This document shows, piece after piece, positions 36,086 through 45,546 of a stretch of 64,000 nucleotides of DNA (position 1 is the first letter of the stretch; each line of letters opens with the position of its first letter). The translations under genes and the position numbers were made by a program. A model generated the notes under the pieces. The model saw nothing but the letters and a program-made list of their open reading frames with translations. It was not told the origin of the DNA and did not search any database. The DNA comes from Lepidodermella squamata (taxonomy: Eukaryota > Animalia > Gastrotricha): the NCBI GenBank assembly GCA_047495785.1, contig JBLDXI010000004.1, forward strand, positions 1,054,001 to 1,118,000. The letters are read 5' to 3'.

Positions 36086-37459
36086 ATGCTTCAATCCGAA
36101 ATAGTGAACTGTCTCTTTGAGAGCCCGACCATAGATGATCGGCAGTTCGAAAGGAAAAGCTGGGCCGAGGTTTGTGCAACAAGTTTTATACAGGATCAGC
36201 CCTCTCAGCCTTCTCGCCTTATCTTTTCTACATATAACTTACGTGAGTTGTTTTTATTGCCGAGGGAAGCCTATATCCAATTGACAGTTGAGTTCCGTCG
36301 AAACGATAGTCAGGCTTTCAAAGCAACCGACAAGTACGCAATTAGGAACCATGTTATATCCATGTTTGAAACAGTTGAAGTGCAAGTAGGTGATAATGAT
36401 AACCAGGTAGAGCAAACACGTTATAACGAACACTGGAGCTCGTTGCTGGGCGTTATTCACTGGTCTGATGACTATGCGCGAAGTCTTGGGGAAGAATCTC
36501 TTTTCGCCAGAGACTACCCAGCCCATGTCAATTATGAAATGACTCCTGAAGTTACAGCAGAAAGTTTCGATCCTGCGAAGAACAGCTGCAACGAGGGACT
36601 ACTCTTGAGATCCTTGTATGTTAAAGATCATAAGATGGTTGTCACACTTTACTTAAGGGACATTCCATTCTTCCAAAATTATTTTGGGATGTGGACCAAG
36701 GCGAGATTTCGTGTGATATTAACACCAAATTACACCAAACCCATAGTCGCAGCCATAGGGAAAAACGATGATTTGCCGGAAGGGATGCATTTCCAGATTT
36801 CATCAGCTTATATGTTTATTCCGGAAGTCACATTGATGCCTGAAACTAGAGCACGCATTTTGAAAGCTTTCAATACGGGTCTCACGAAAGTTTACAAATG
36901 GCAATCGCTAGAATGCTTTCAGAGCCCCCAGTTTGCTGTGAATAGTTCTTCAGTACAATGGACAATCACATCTGAGATGAAAAAACCAAGCTGGCTGTAT
37001 ATTGTATTCTTGCAAGACTTCTCAGACGCAGAGTATCAAACTAAACTGACACAAATTTACACTCAATGGAATATATTCAGCTACTCTCTCATGATAAACA
37101 ATAAGGAGGCGTTTGCCGAGGCCAACATGAACTTTTCACGCTTCAACGCTCACCGGCTCTATAACTATATTAAGGAAAACATGAACCATTTCAACGATCG
37201 CGAAAGTACGAACACTGGTAGTCAGCTTAGTTACCTTGATTTTTGTCGATTTTACCGTTTCCTGGCATTCAATCTGGAAAGTGTAGATGCCGGTGCTATA
37301 TATAATTCACGCGGTGACCAAAGCGTGAGTGTCACATTTAAAGCTAGAATCAGTCCTGTCGATAAGCCATTAGTTATGTTTTGTTTCATTTTTAGGGAAA
37401 AAGAAATAGGCTTCAACTACAAAGACGACAAGCTCGAGATAAGCCTTAACATGCTGTGA
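36086..37459 (+). CDS. Major capsid protein (double jelly roll)
   Basis: 457 aa, beta-rich; size and position typical; KPSWLYIVF and FLAFNLE motifs resemble Polinton MCPs. Confidence 0.85.
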   Translation: MLQSEIVNCLFESPTIDDRQFERKSWAEVCATSFIQDQPSQPSRLIFSTYNLRELFLLPREAYIQLTVEFRRNDSQAFKATDKYAIRNHVISMFETVEVQVGDNDNQVEQTRYNEHWSSLLGVIHWSDDYARSLGEESLFARDYPAHVNYEMTPEVTAESFDPAKNSCNEGLLLRSLYVKDHKMVVTLYLRDIPFFQNYFGMWTKARFRVILTPNYTKPIVAAIGKNDDLPEGMHFQISSAYMFIPEVTLMPETRARILKAFNTGLTKVYKWQSLECFQSPQFAVNSSSVQWTITSEMKKPSWLYIVFLQDFSDAEYQTKLTQIYTQWNIFSYSLMINNKEAFAEANMNFSRFNAHRLYNYIKENMNHFNDRESTNTGSQLSYLDFCRFYRFLAFNLESVDAGAIYNSRGDQSVSVTFKARISPVDKPLVMFCFIFREKEIGFNYKDDKLEISLNML

Positions 37460-37480
37460 ATTTTCTAACTTAGAATAATA

Positions 37481-38059
37481 ATGACTAAATACATTCCATT
37501 CGACATTAAACTAACAGAGACCCAGAGAAGAGCATTTAAAAAACCAGGCCAAGTTGTATTGCGTTTCACAATTGATCAGCTTCTTGCAGATCCAAATGGT
37601 TCCAAGTTGTTGTTGACGCAAAGGCAGATAGATAAAGTAATGAAGAGCAAACAAAGGATGAAAGGGCTTGATATCAAACTGAGCAAAACTCAGCTCCGGA
37701 AGAATCAGTCTGGCGGGTTCCTGTTACCGGCGCTTGCCACAGCTTCTAAATTTATAGCCCCTGTAGCCGTTGCAGCGCTGAGCGGCCTTGCCAGTTCCCT
37801 CGCCAGTACAGCAGCTGACAAGATCGTAGGCAAAGGCGTGTCGCTGACAATACCAAAAGAGGATTTAGATGAACTGCAAAAGGCGGTTTCGCTTCTGGAG
37901 TCCCGACAAATTGTGCCTGCTGGCAGTAGCAAGGCAATTAAAAGCCATATAGAGCAACAGGGTGGAGCTTTTATATTGCCGCTTGTATCAAGCTTACTGG
38001 GTGCATTTCTTCCGACCTTATTCGGAAAAGGGGTTTACATGCCGTGGGAAAAAAACTGA
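37481..38059 (+). CDS. Core/membrane-active precursor with two GG-F-L-P hydrophobic repeats (adenovirus pX-like)
   Basis: QSGGFLLPALA...IVGKG and QQGGAFILPLVSSLLG...LFGKG. Confidence 0.7.
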   Translation: MTKYIPFDIKLTETQRRAFKKPGQVVLRFTIDQLLADPNGSKLLLTQRQIDKVMKSKQRMKGLDIKLSKTQLRKNQSGGFLLPALATASKFIAPVAVAALSGLASSLASTAADKIVGKGVSLTIPKEDLDELQKAVSLLESRQIVPAGSSKAIKSHIEQQGGAFILPLVSSLLGAFLPTLFGKGVYMPWEKN

Positions 38060-38502
38060 AAAATAGCGGGTTTTATCCTCTATCCAATCTTGAGATAACC
38101 GAAGCTTTAAAGAGGCTTCTCGGAAACGACTTCAAGGGCTGTTACGCTCGGGACGACCTTCCTGCTACACTTCAACGAGGATATTACGTCATTAACCTGG
38201 ACGATAAAGTTAACCGCGGAAGTCATTGGGTCTCAATGGCTGTGAAGTCGACTGAAATAATCTACTTCGATAGCTTCGGGTTTATATGCCCTAATGAGAT
38301 CATTAAGCGTCGCGGCAAACGAGTAATTTGGTATTCTACACATGATATACAATATCCTGGCTCTGTTGCATGTGGCTTCTATGCCATTTACTTTCTAAGA
38401 GAATTAGGTAAAGGTAGGGATAAGTTAGCTATTTTGCTAGACTTCAATAACACCGGGTCACTGCACAATGATGACTTACTGAAAAATCTATTGTTAAGCT
38501 AG
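38044..38502 (+). CDS. Adenain-like cysteine protease; no ATG before the catalytic His
   Basis: INLD...GSHWV...YFDSFG...IQYPGSVACGFY catalytic H/D/Q/C. Confidence 0.9.
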   Translation: MGKKLKNSGFYPLSNLEITEALKRLLGNDFKGCYARDDLPATLQRGYYVINLDDKVNRGSHWVSMAVKSTEIIYFDSFGFICPNEIIKRRGKRVIWYSTHDIQYPGSVACGFYAIYFLRELGKGRDKLAILLDFNNTGSLHNDDLLKNLLLS

Positions 38503-38504
38503 AT

Positions 38505-38684
38505 ATGTATTGCCTGCATTGTAGGAAAAACACTAAATCAGTGAATGAGCAGCAATTAGCCACTCGTAATAACCGAGCTCTCATGACAGGATCTTGTACA
38601 CTCTGCGGTATGACAAAGTATAAATTCATAAGAATGTTAAAGAGAAACGCCATCGTAGATAAAAAGGATGCAAGCGTCCGTTGA
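38505..38684 (+). CDS. 59-aa zinc-ribbon protein (DUF5679-like); not in the ORF track
   Basis: MYCLHCRKNT...TRNNR....GSCTLCGMTKYKF; TCTA 14 nt upstream. Confidence 0.8.
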   Translation: MYCLHCRKNTKSVNEQQLATRNNRALMTGSCTLCGMTKYKFIRMLKRNAIVDKKDASVR

Positions 38685-39174
38685 AGATGAATTGAAGAGA
38701 CTGATGGATAATTTTGAGAATTCTAAATCAGTGAGAAAGACATTTTCTACCATGCCTTACGTGTATTGCGATGCGTGTGCCACAGAACTTTTGCTTGACG
38801 AAAGGGCGAATTTCAACGTATGCCCAAACTGCGGTTTATGTTATCCATACTGTGAGCACTCCCCGCCATTCAAATTAGTACCTTACAAACGAAAATGGCA
38901 TTTAATGACTGTAATTAAAAAGCGCGGTATAGAAATGCTACCTCCTCAACTTGAGAGGCTGATGTCGAGCTTTATCAAGTTTGACTCGGGCTATGCAGAA
39001 CTCTTTCCCGATCAAAATATGATGCACCTTGACTTTGTTATCAAAGCTCTGGCTCAGGAACATGGATACGACCTTGTGGCACAGAGCGTACACGTGAAAT
39101 CGGTTAACGATAAGACGCTGAGGCAATGGCGGAATAAGTATAATCTAGTCATCGCTCATTATGAGATCGAATGA
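38668..39174 (+). CDS. VLTF3-like (poxvirus/NCLDV late transcription factor 3) protein
   Basis: CDAC...VCPNCG ribbon followed by PYKRKWHL, then F..F...Y...FP..NMMHLDFVIK.L, the layout of the VLTF3 family. Confidence 0.65.
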   Translation: MQASVEDELKRLMDNFENSKSVRKTFSTMPYVYCDACATELLLDERANFNVCPNCGLCYPYCEHSPPFKLVPYKRKWHLMTVIKKRGIEMLPPQLERLMSSFIKFDSGYAELFPDQNMMHLDFVIKALAQEHGYDLVAQSVHVKSVNDKTLRQWRNKYNLVIAHYEIE

Positions 39175-39820
39175 AATATTCATTCCAAGTGAATGGTTTG
39201 AAAATGCACGACAGGCAGCAATTTATTTGAGGGCAGACGGCAGTACTCCATTCGCGGCAAACCTAAACGCGAATAGCTACTGCATCGAAAATTTGGGCGG
39301 CCCCGTTTTCGACAACGATGCTGTTAGTAAAAATTGGGTTGAGCGAAGTTGTTTAATGATTTAATCCGATCAGACTGTTGACTTTAAAAATGCTAGGCTC
39401 ACGAACATCCATCCACCAATAAATCCAAACGATGGCGCGATTCGGGCTTCCAGATTGATATGCTCTGGCAAGGTTTCTCTTGCGCGCGAGAATAAGCTAA
39501 GTTTTGATAACATGATTTCCGGAATGCCTGAAGTAAGCGATAGCTTAGTGTTTCGGGCAGACGTAACAGCCAGAGTGGAAATGTGGTACCGGCTGGACGA
39601 CAACAGAGCCACATCCTTCACCCTTGATTTCTTCAAAAACAACGGTAACTTGTTCTCGAAATACTTCAACTATAACAATGTTAATTTGGAGAGCAGCAAT
39701 GAATACTGTTCCTTTATAGAGCAATTCCGATTGAATGATAGCTTAACGGTTATTGCAGCAGCTGACGAAAGCATACAACTGTCATACATTTTGATTATTT
39801 CTAACCTAAAGAATACGTGA
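39161..39820 (+). pseudogene. Fibre/spike-like protein with in-frame TAA at 39362-39364
   Basis: YLRADGSTPFAANLNANSYCIENLGGPVFDNDAVSKNWVE shaft repeat, and a second copy after the stop (DFKNARLTNIHPPINPNDGA); ORFs 39161 and 39455 share a frame. Confidence 0.7.
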
Positions 39821-41404
39821 TACATATATTCAGAATGAATGACAACCAGCTAAAAACAGTAGAAAGTATTTACCCCACTGCTCCCAGACTACAGATGTCT
39901 TCTACTCAAGAGTTCAGGCTTGCTGAGCTCCGGCGCCTAAATGATGTTTTCAACACAGAAATATCGAAAAGAAAGAAGCTTTATAATAGATATTCCCGTT
40001 TTTCGTCAATTTGCAAAGCTACTATTCATGGAATAACGGGCGGCACAACATCGCTTGCGATTGGTGGAATCGCACTACTGTCACTTGGCCTCCCAACCGG
40101 TATCATGTTGGAGATTACTGCAGCTTCGGGCGGCATGGTCATACTAGTTCTCAACCTGCTTGACTTAAAGTTCGAAAGGAAAGCCGAAAAACATGAAAGA
40201 ATCGCCACTCTTGCCATGTCGAAAGCCAACTCAATAGGCGACATGATCAAAACAGCCCTGGAAGATAACCACATCAGTGACACTGAGTATCAGGTTATTA
40301 TGAGAGAAAACGAGAAATTCCATGATATGAAAAAGTTGCTCCAGAAGAGTTTAAATTGTGATCGCACGCAAATATTTCTTGAGGAACTCAAAAAGGCTCA
40401 ATTCCGGGCCCCCCTTAGTTTCGTGCGGCCCCCAACATTAATTGCGCAATCAGAAGGTAAAAGTGGACTTGTGCGCGAGCGAAGTCGAAGTTTTTAATAG
40501 TTTTAGGGCCGCGCGCGCTAATGTCAAAAGGCTACTTTTTATAATGTAGGCGGTTTTTATACCAAAATGTAGGTCGGACGATTCTCTATCGAGTCAATAT
40601 GATGTTCTCGCGTGAAAAAATTAATAGGAATCAGTTTTACGTGCACACCAAATTTCTGCAACGAAGTGCGCACGCTCTCACCCTGCGCGCGAAATCTAAG
40701 GTGCACGTAAAACTTTTTCCCATCAATTTTTTCACGCGAGAACACCATATTCAATCGATAGAGAATTGTCTGAATTATTTTTTGGTATAAAAACCGACGC
40801 GATATTTGAAAGTAATCCTTTAACATCTTTGCGCGCGGTTTTAAATTCGTTAAAAATCATGACTTAGCCAGCGCGCTTTAGTCGCGCGAGGTTAAATTTT
40901 CAGAGTCATGATTTTTAACGAATTTAAAACCGCGCGCAAAGATGTTAAAGGATTACTTTCAAATATCGCGTCGGTTTTTATACCAAAAAATAATTCAGAC
41001 AATTCTCTATCGATTGAATATGGTGTTCTCGCGTGAAAAAATTGATGGGAAAAAGTTTTACGTGCACCTTAGATTTCGCGCGCAGGGTGAGAGCGTGCGC
41101 ACTTCGCCCCTCGAAACTTAGGATGCACGTAAAACTTTTTCCCATAAATTTTTTCACACGAGAAGACTATATCTATTCGATAGAGAATTGTCTGACCTTT
41201 ATTTTGTTATAAAAACCGCTCGAAAAGTCAAAACTAGCCTTTTGACATAGGCGCGAGCGGCTGTGAAATTTTCGAAATTTTCGACTTAGCGCTCGCGCAC
41301 AAGTCCATTTTTACCCTCTGGTTGCGCAATTAATGTTGGGGCCGCACGAAACTAAGGGGGGCCCGGAATTGAGCCTCAAAAAGCATGGTGTGAACGTCCC
41401 TTGA
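39817..41404 (+). CDS. Maverick two-TM coiled-coil protein (possibly the adintovirus GasderminX-type gene), C-terminus interrupted by a MITE
   Basis: FRL..L...K.EKHE.I..LA.SK.NSI....TALEDNHISDTEY; removing the MITE gives ...EELKKHGVNVP*. Confidence 0.75.
40396..41374. mobile_element. Foldback MITE with 9-bp TSD (Mutator-type)
   Basis: GCTCAATTCCGGGCCCCCC...GGGGGGCCCGGAATTGAGC; TSD CTCAAAAAG; almost entirely palindromic. Confidence 0.9.
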
Positions 41405-41406
41405 GC

Positions 41407-42390
41407 TAGCGAAAAGGCGAGTAAAATATCATACGTTTCTTTGGTGCTCTAACTGCTTTAGCATGATTGCCTTTGATTTTGGAAGGCTTTTTAATTCTAT
41501 CCCTATTCAGGGCCGGATTAACATTCGGGTGGCCCCTGGGCACTTTCTGTTTGGCGGCCGTTCTCTTCATATGTTTCCACTAAATATGTTTTCATACCTG
41601 AAACCATGATCAAAGTCAATTTTCTCAATTTCCTGATTCATTGAACAATAATTCCTTCTAAAATTTAGTTTTGCTTTGGTACTTTGTTGCTACGAGCCAC
41701 CTAGTATTCTACATCATAGCTGGAGTTGGCGTTAATAAGTGCGTTAATAACCGCAAATTGGAACATTGTCCCATTACCACGAGCGAAGCAAGAAATTTTC
41801 CAAGAATATTCCTTAAAATCGTTTTTCTTATGCAGAAAATCCTTGCTTTCCCGTTTCATTCTGATAGAGTAAACTCGGAAAACATTGAGGCAAAGAGGAT
41901 TGAACTCTCATTCATTTTTCATTCAAACCCCTAAATGAGTTTACGATTGTTCAAAATGAATTGCATAGGGGTAGTACTGATAAATAAAGTGAACAAAAGT
42001 TGACGAACTAGCGAGCGAAGCGAGCAAAATTTTAGCAAAATAAAAGAAAATAGGTTGATCCGGATGCTTGGAAAGCCTCTCAATTGCAAAGCATAACGAC
42101 CTAATAAAGGCCCAACAATATTCCGGAAATGTTTAGTAAAAACAAACATTTCACCACTTTCTGGCGGCCCCTTTTGACTGGCGGCCCCTGGGCACGTGCC
42201 CTGTGTGCATATGCGTTAATCCGGCCCTGTCCCTATTCACAAAATACCCTAGCAACGCGGCGATTACACTCAATGCAACAAAAATGCGTTGAAGCTGGGC
42301 GTTCGTCCTTAAGCAGTCGATCTGAAGTTCTCTAACAAGCACCTTAATATATGAGATTATTTCTTCTTGGGCACTCGAGTAAGTATTCAT
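41407..42390 (-). pseudogene. Small single-TM Maverick protein interrupted by the hAT MITE
   Basis: MNTYSS...IFVALSVIAALLGYFVNRD continues as RIKKPSKIKG...SPFR* once the MITE is removed. Confidence 0.6.
41508..42229. mobile_element. hAT-type MITE with 8-bp TSD
   Basis: CAGGGCCGGATTAAC...GTTAATCCGGCCCTG; TSD TCCCTATT. Confidence 0.9.
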
Positions 42391-42408
42391 TAAGTATTAA
42401 AACGATTT

Positions 42409-42744
42409 TTATTTTTCTCGTCGCGCCCTCATTTCAGCTATGAATTTCTCTATATCTGACTTCCTTTTCTGTCGCCGTTCAGACAGCTCAGCTTTGCGCC
42501 TCTGGCTCTGTAACTTACGGTCGTTATCTTCTTTTTCCCTTGCAGTCAGCAAATCGCTGTATTTCTGTTCAATGACAGCCTTCTCGTTCTCCAAAGTCTT
42601 AATACGGGTATTTGAGGACTGTCTCTTGAGCGAGGAATACTGATCGCTGATAATCTCAACTTCCTGCTTCAGTTTGTCAATATCTTGATCCTTCTCGTCG
42701 ACGATTTCATCGACCTCTGTGTATGAAAGAAATCCTATCTCCAT
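42409..42744 (-). CDS. Coiled-coil hypothetical protein
   Basis: 111 aa, charged heptad pattern, tightly packed with neighbours. Confidence 0.65.
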   Translation of the reverse strand: MEIGFLSYTEVDEIVDEKDQDIDKLKQEVEIISDQYSSLKRQSSNTRIKTLENEKAVIEQKYSDLLTAREKEDNDRKLQSQRRKAELSERRQKRKSDIEKFIAEMRARREK

Positions 42745-42751
42745 GATTATA

Positions 42752-43009
42752 TTATTTACCGAGAAATCTTCTTCTTAGCAGGTAAGCTTCCTTGCCGCCG
42801 ACATGAGAGACATCCTTTGGAATCAGACTAACGTTGATGCCACCGCCCTTCAGCGATGAGACGCGTTGTTGTTTGCCTAAATGATAGTAAATCGTGCCTC
42901 TGCTGAGTCCCACTTCAGCTGCGATTTTATCTACTGTCTTAGAGCTATTCTGATATTCATGGATTGCTTGGCTGATTTTGTCGGGATTTATTACCTTGCG
43001 ACGAAGCAT
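42752..43009 (-). CDS. Small helix-turn-helix DNA-binding protein
   Basis: TVDKIAAEVGLSRGTIYYHL HTH signature. Confidence 0.75.
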   Translation of the reverse strand: MLRRKVINPDKISQAIHEYQNSSKTVDKIAAEVGLSRGTIYYHLGKQQRVSSLKGGGINVSLIPKDVSHVGGKEAYLLRRRFLGK

Positions 43010-43653
43010 CTTATATTTATTTGAGAAATTAAAATATTTCGATATTTCGATGTTTCATTATTCAAATGTTTGAACGTTCAGTCATATATATGTTGAAATT
43101 AACAGCGTTGTCGATTTCCTTGTCAAGTGTTTGAACATTTCAAAATTAAAACATTAGAAGGTTCGAATAATTGCTTTATCGAGAAGTTTAGCTTTGAACA
43201 TCGCTGGATCAGTAAATAATTATTCTGAATCAGATGAAGGCATGTGAAGTTCTAGGCAAGAACAGATACTTGACAACAGTGGCAGCAGTAAGTTCCGATT
43301 TCAATTCTTCGTCGCTAACAATTTCTCCACAGACGAGACATACCGCCTCATTGCAAAAGAGGTATATCGAAGCATTCTTCAGTACTTTGAGATTCAGTTA
43401 TCAGGATGCTCTCTTGAGTAGTCTCGTCAGGTCCTCGCATCAGTTAGAGAAGACGGATTCCTCTCCAAGAGCAAAAAATGCAACCAATTGCAAGAGTAAG
43501 CGTGCTTAGGGTGATTACGAATGCAGCGCACAAACGAGCTGACGTTAAATAATTTATCCTCTGCCCTCGATCGAAATCGGTCGATATTATCCCGGCAACG
43601 AGAGAAAACATGTAGCTGAGTCAGCTGGCAGTTTTCTATATACGAAAGTTTTT

Positions 43654-43767
43654 ATGGGATTAGAGTGCCCGTTTTGTAAGCACAGTGAATCTACCGTTGA
43701 ATTAACTGACTGCCTTTCCTGTCCTTACTGCGGCAGAAAATATCCTGTTTCTCCGTTTCAAGTTTGA
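43654..43767 (+). CDS. 37-aa zinc-ribbon micro-protein
   Basis: MGLECPFCKHSESTVELTDCLSCPYCGRKYPVSPFQV; TCTA 15 nt upstream. Confidence 0.6.
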   Translation: MGLECPFCKHSESTVELTDCLSCPYCGRKYPVSPFQV

Positions 43768-44370
43768 AAAGCGTTTGAAAATCGTCGATATTGCCTTCAT
43801 AGTTTTCCCATATACAGGTTACGAAATGAATCAGCAACAACCATGCGAACCTTGCCGACCCTGGGGGCCTGGCGGACCTGGTGATGGAGCCCCGAGGAGT
43901 TGTAGTGGAGCCTCCGGACCTGATGGACCTTGTGAACCATGCGGGCCTACTCGTTGATAAAATACGACCAATATTTGACTTTTGCCATTAATATATTTGA
44001 GGAAAATTAATATCTTTGCCATTAAAATATTTAAGAGAAATAAATATCTGACCGGTCGGAAACCCTGCTACTTACAATGAGACGGCATGTCATAGTTTTC
44101 CGGTATTTTCTTGGGTATTATTACACAGCACCTCTTCAGTCGCAGTATATCGTTTTATTTGCGTTATGATTATGACTCTTCAGCTAATGTTTCATAATGG
44201 GGCCTGAAATAGAGTTAGATTTGAATATTCCAACTGGATAAAAGCGTAGATCTAACAACTTATATTTAATGTTCAATGTTCAAATATGACTGTAATGATA
44301 GGTACAGGCCTTAAGCATATGGATCCAGGCTTGATCCTGTTTCTCGGTTCCCGTTTCAACAGTTCCATTC

Positions 44371-44478
44371 TCAGCGATGCCCAACAGTATTGCCACAGTC
44401 ATTGCAAAGTACCGTGCCCATTATGTCATCCTCCACAATATGTTTGTCTCCACTATGTTCGCAGTCGTTTCCAGGCAT
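44371..44478 (-). CDS. 35-aa TFIIB-type zinc-ribbon micro-protein
   Basis: MPGNDCEHSGDKHIVEDDIMGTVLCNDCGNTVGHR. Confidence 0.6.
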   Translation of the reverse strand: MPGNDCEHSGDKHIVEDDIMGTVLCNDCGNTVGHR

Positions 44479-44706
44479 GGTGAACTTGGTAATTGTTCAA
44501 ATTAATTCTAAAGGAAACGGTTGACAGCATGTAAAGGGGCTATGATTCGGCAAATTCGGCATAAAATTTCACCGCGAGAGCACACATATAGAAGAATCGA
44601 ACTACCAACCTTGTTCACACACTGGTTCGTCATACATTATGCGTCATCATCGATTTTGAGCAGTGGGTTCGATATAGAGATGACGCATTGCAGCAACCGT
44701 TAAATA

Positions 44707-44859
44707 ATGAATCAGCGAGAAACAATAGCTTTTATTGACGCGAATTCATTTTATCGGTCTCCCTGCTGCGCCTATATCGAATTCTCTGCTGAAATACTTA
44801 ACCGCCTGGACTGTCCTTACTGTCCTAAAAAGGTTCTCGACTCTTCAGGTAAGTATTAA
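44707..44859 (+). CDS. 50-aa Cys-containing micro-protein
   Basis: MNQRETIAF...SPCC...LDCPYCPKKV. Confidence 0.45.
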   Translation: MNQRETIAFIDANSFYRSPCCAYIEFSAEILNRLDCPYCPKKVLDSSGKY

Positions 44860-44907
44860 AATACCTCAGCCTTTTCCTGGATAACTATTTCGAAAACAGC
44901 TTACAAT

Positions 44908-45006
44908 ATGCATGATTGCGGTTGTGATGATCCGGATATTATAAACGATGGAACATTTTATGTATGCCAAAACTGTGGCGCGATTGTTGGGCAGGTCTAC
45001 GTATGA
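44908..45006 (+). CDS. 32-aa TFIIB-type zinc-ribbon micro-protein
   Basis: MHDCGCDDPDIINDGTFYVCQNCGAIVGQVYV followed by AATAAA. Confidence 0.6.
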   Translation: MHDCGCDDPDIINDGTFYVCQNCGAIVGQVYV

Positions 45007-45072
45007 GGAATAAATTCTATTTTCTGCAAAATAAATAAAACTGTGGTCTGTGGTTTAAACAAAGCTCCTTTA

Positions 45073-45206
45073 ACCCCGCTCCTTTACTCCGTGTCACTTG
45101 AATTTCAATTTAACTTAATTCGAATTATCAGGTCATCTATATTCATGTTAACAGTAGTAGGTGTTCTAAGCTTCTGGCATGCCAGAAGCGGAGAATTCCT
45201 ACTACT
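45073..45206 (-). repeat. Maverick right TIR
   Basis: Reverse complement of 2090-2223, ending ...CCTACTACT. Confidence 0.93.
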
Positions 45207-45238
45207 AATATCGCCGTTCTGTATATGTTAATGTGAAT

Positions 45239-45317
45239 CGACCGGTGGCGCAATCGATTAGTGTGCGCGTTTGGTGATTGCAGTCATTGGTTCGATTCCT
45301 GCTAGCCTCCGGTTTTT
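45239..45317 (+). other. Degenerate tRNA-like Pol III unit inside the small TIR element
   Basis: A-box TGGCGCAATCGAT, B-box GGTTCGATTCC, then a T-run; acceptor stem does not pair. Confidence 0.5.
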
Positions 45318-45546
45318 ATTTATTTCATACGCTCCAAGTGCGGGATGACACTGCGGGATGAGCTGCGGGACGATTGGGATGAGCTGCGGGATCCCGCACC
45401 CTGAGTTGCGGGATGTGCGGGATGAGGTGCCGGATGAGCTGCGGGATGTGCGGGATGCACAGCGGGATGAACTGCGGGACGGTGCGGGACGAAGTGAACT
45501 TGAGGCATCCCGCACCGTCCCGCAGTTGATGCGGGATGCAAAGTTA

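Larger units (their letters stand above)
2090..45206. mobile_element. Maverick/Polinton (adintovirus-like endogenous virus), full length, with nested insertions
   Basis: Termini AGTAGTAGG...CCTACTACT; 6-bp TSD AATATC at 2084-2089 and 45207-45212; contains pPolB, integrase, ATPase, capsid and protease genes. Confidence 0.96.
1634..45546. mobile_element. Small non-autonomous TIR element (~0.8 kb in two halves, 1634-2089 and 45207-45546) split by the Maverick
   Basis: Left end TAACTTTGCATCCCGCA, right end TGCGGGATGCAAAGTTA. Both halves carry subterminal ATCCCGCA repeats in inverted orientation. Removing 1634-45546 restores the MULE frame. Confidence 0.85.
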
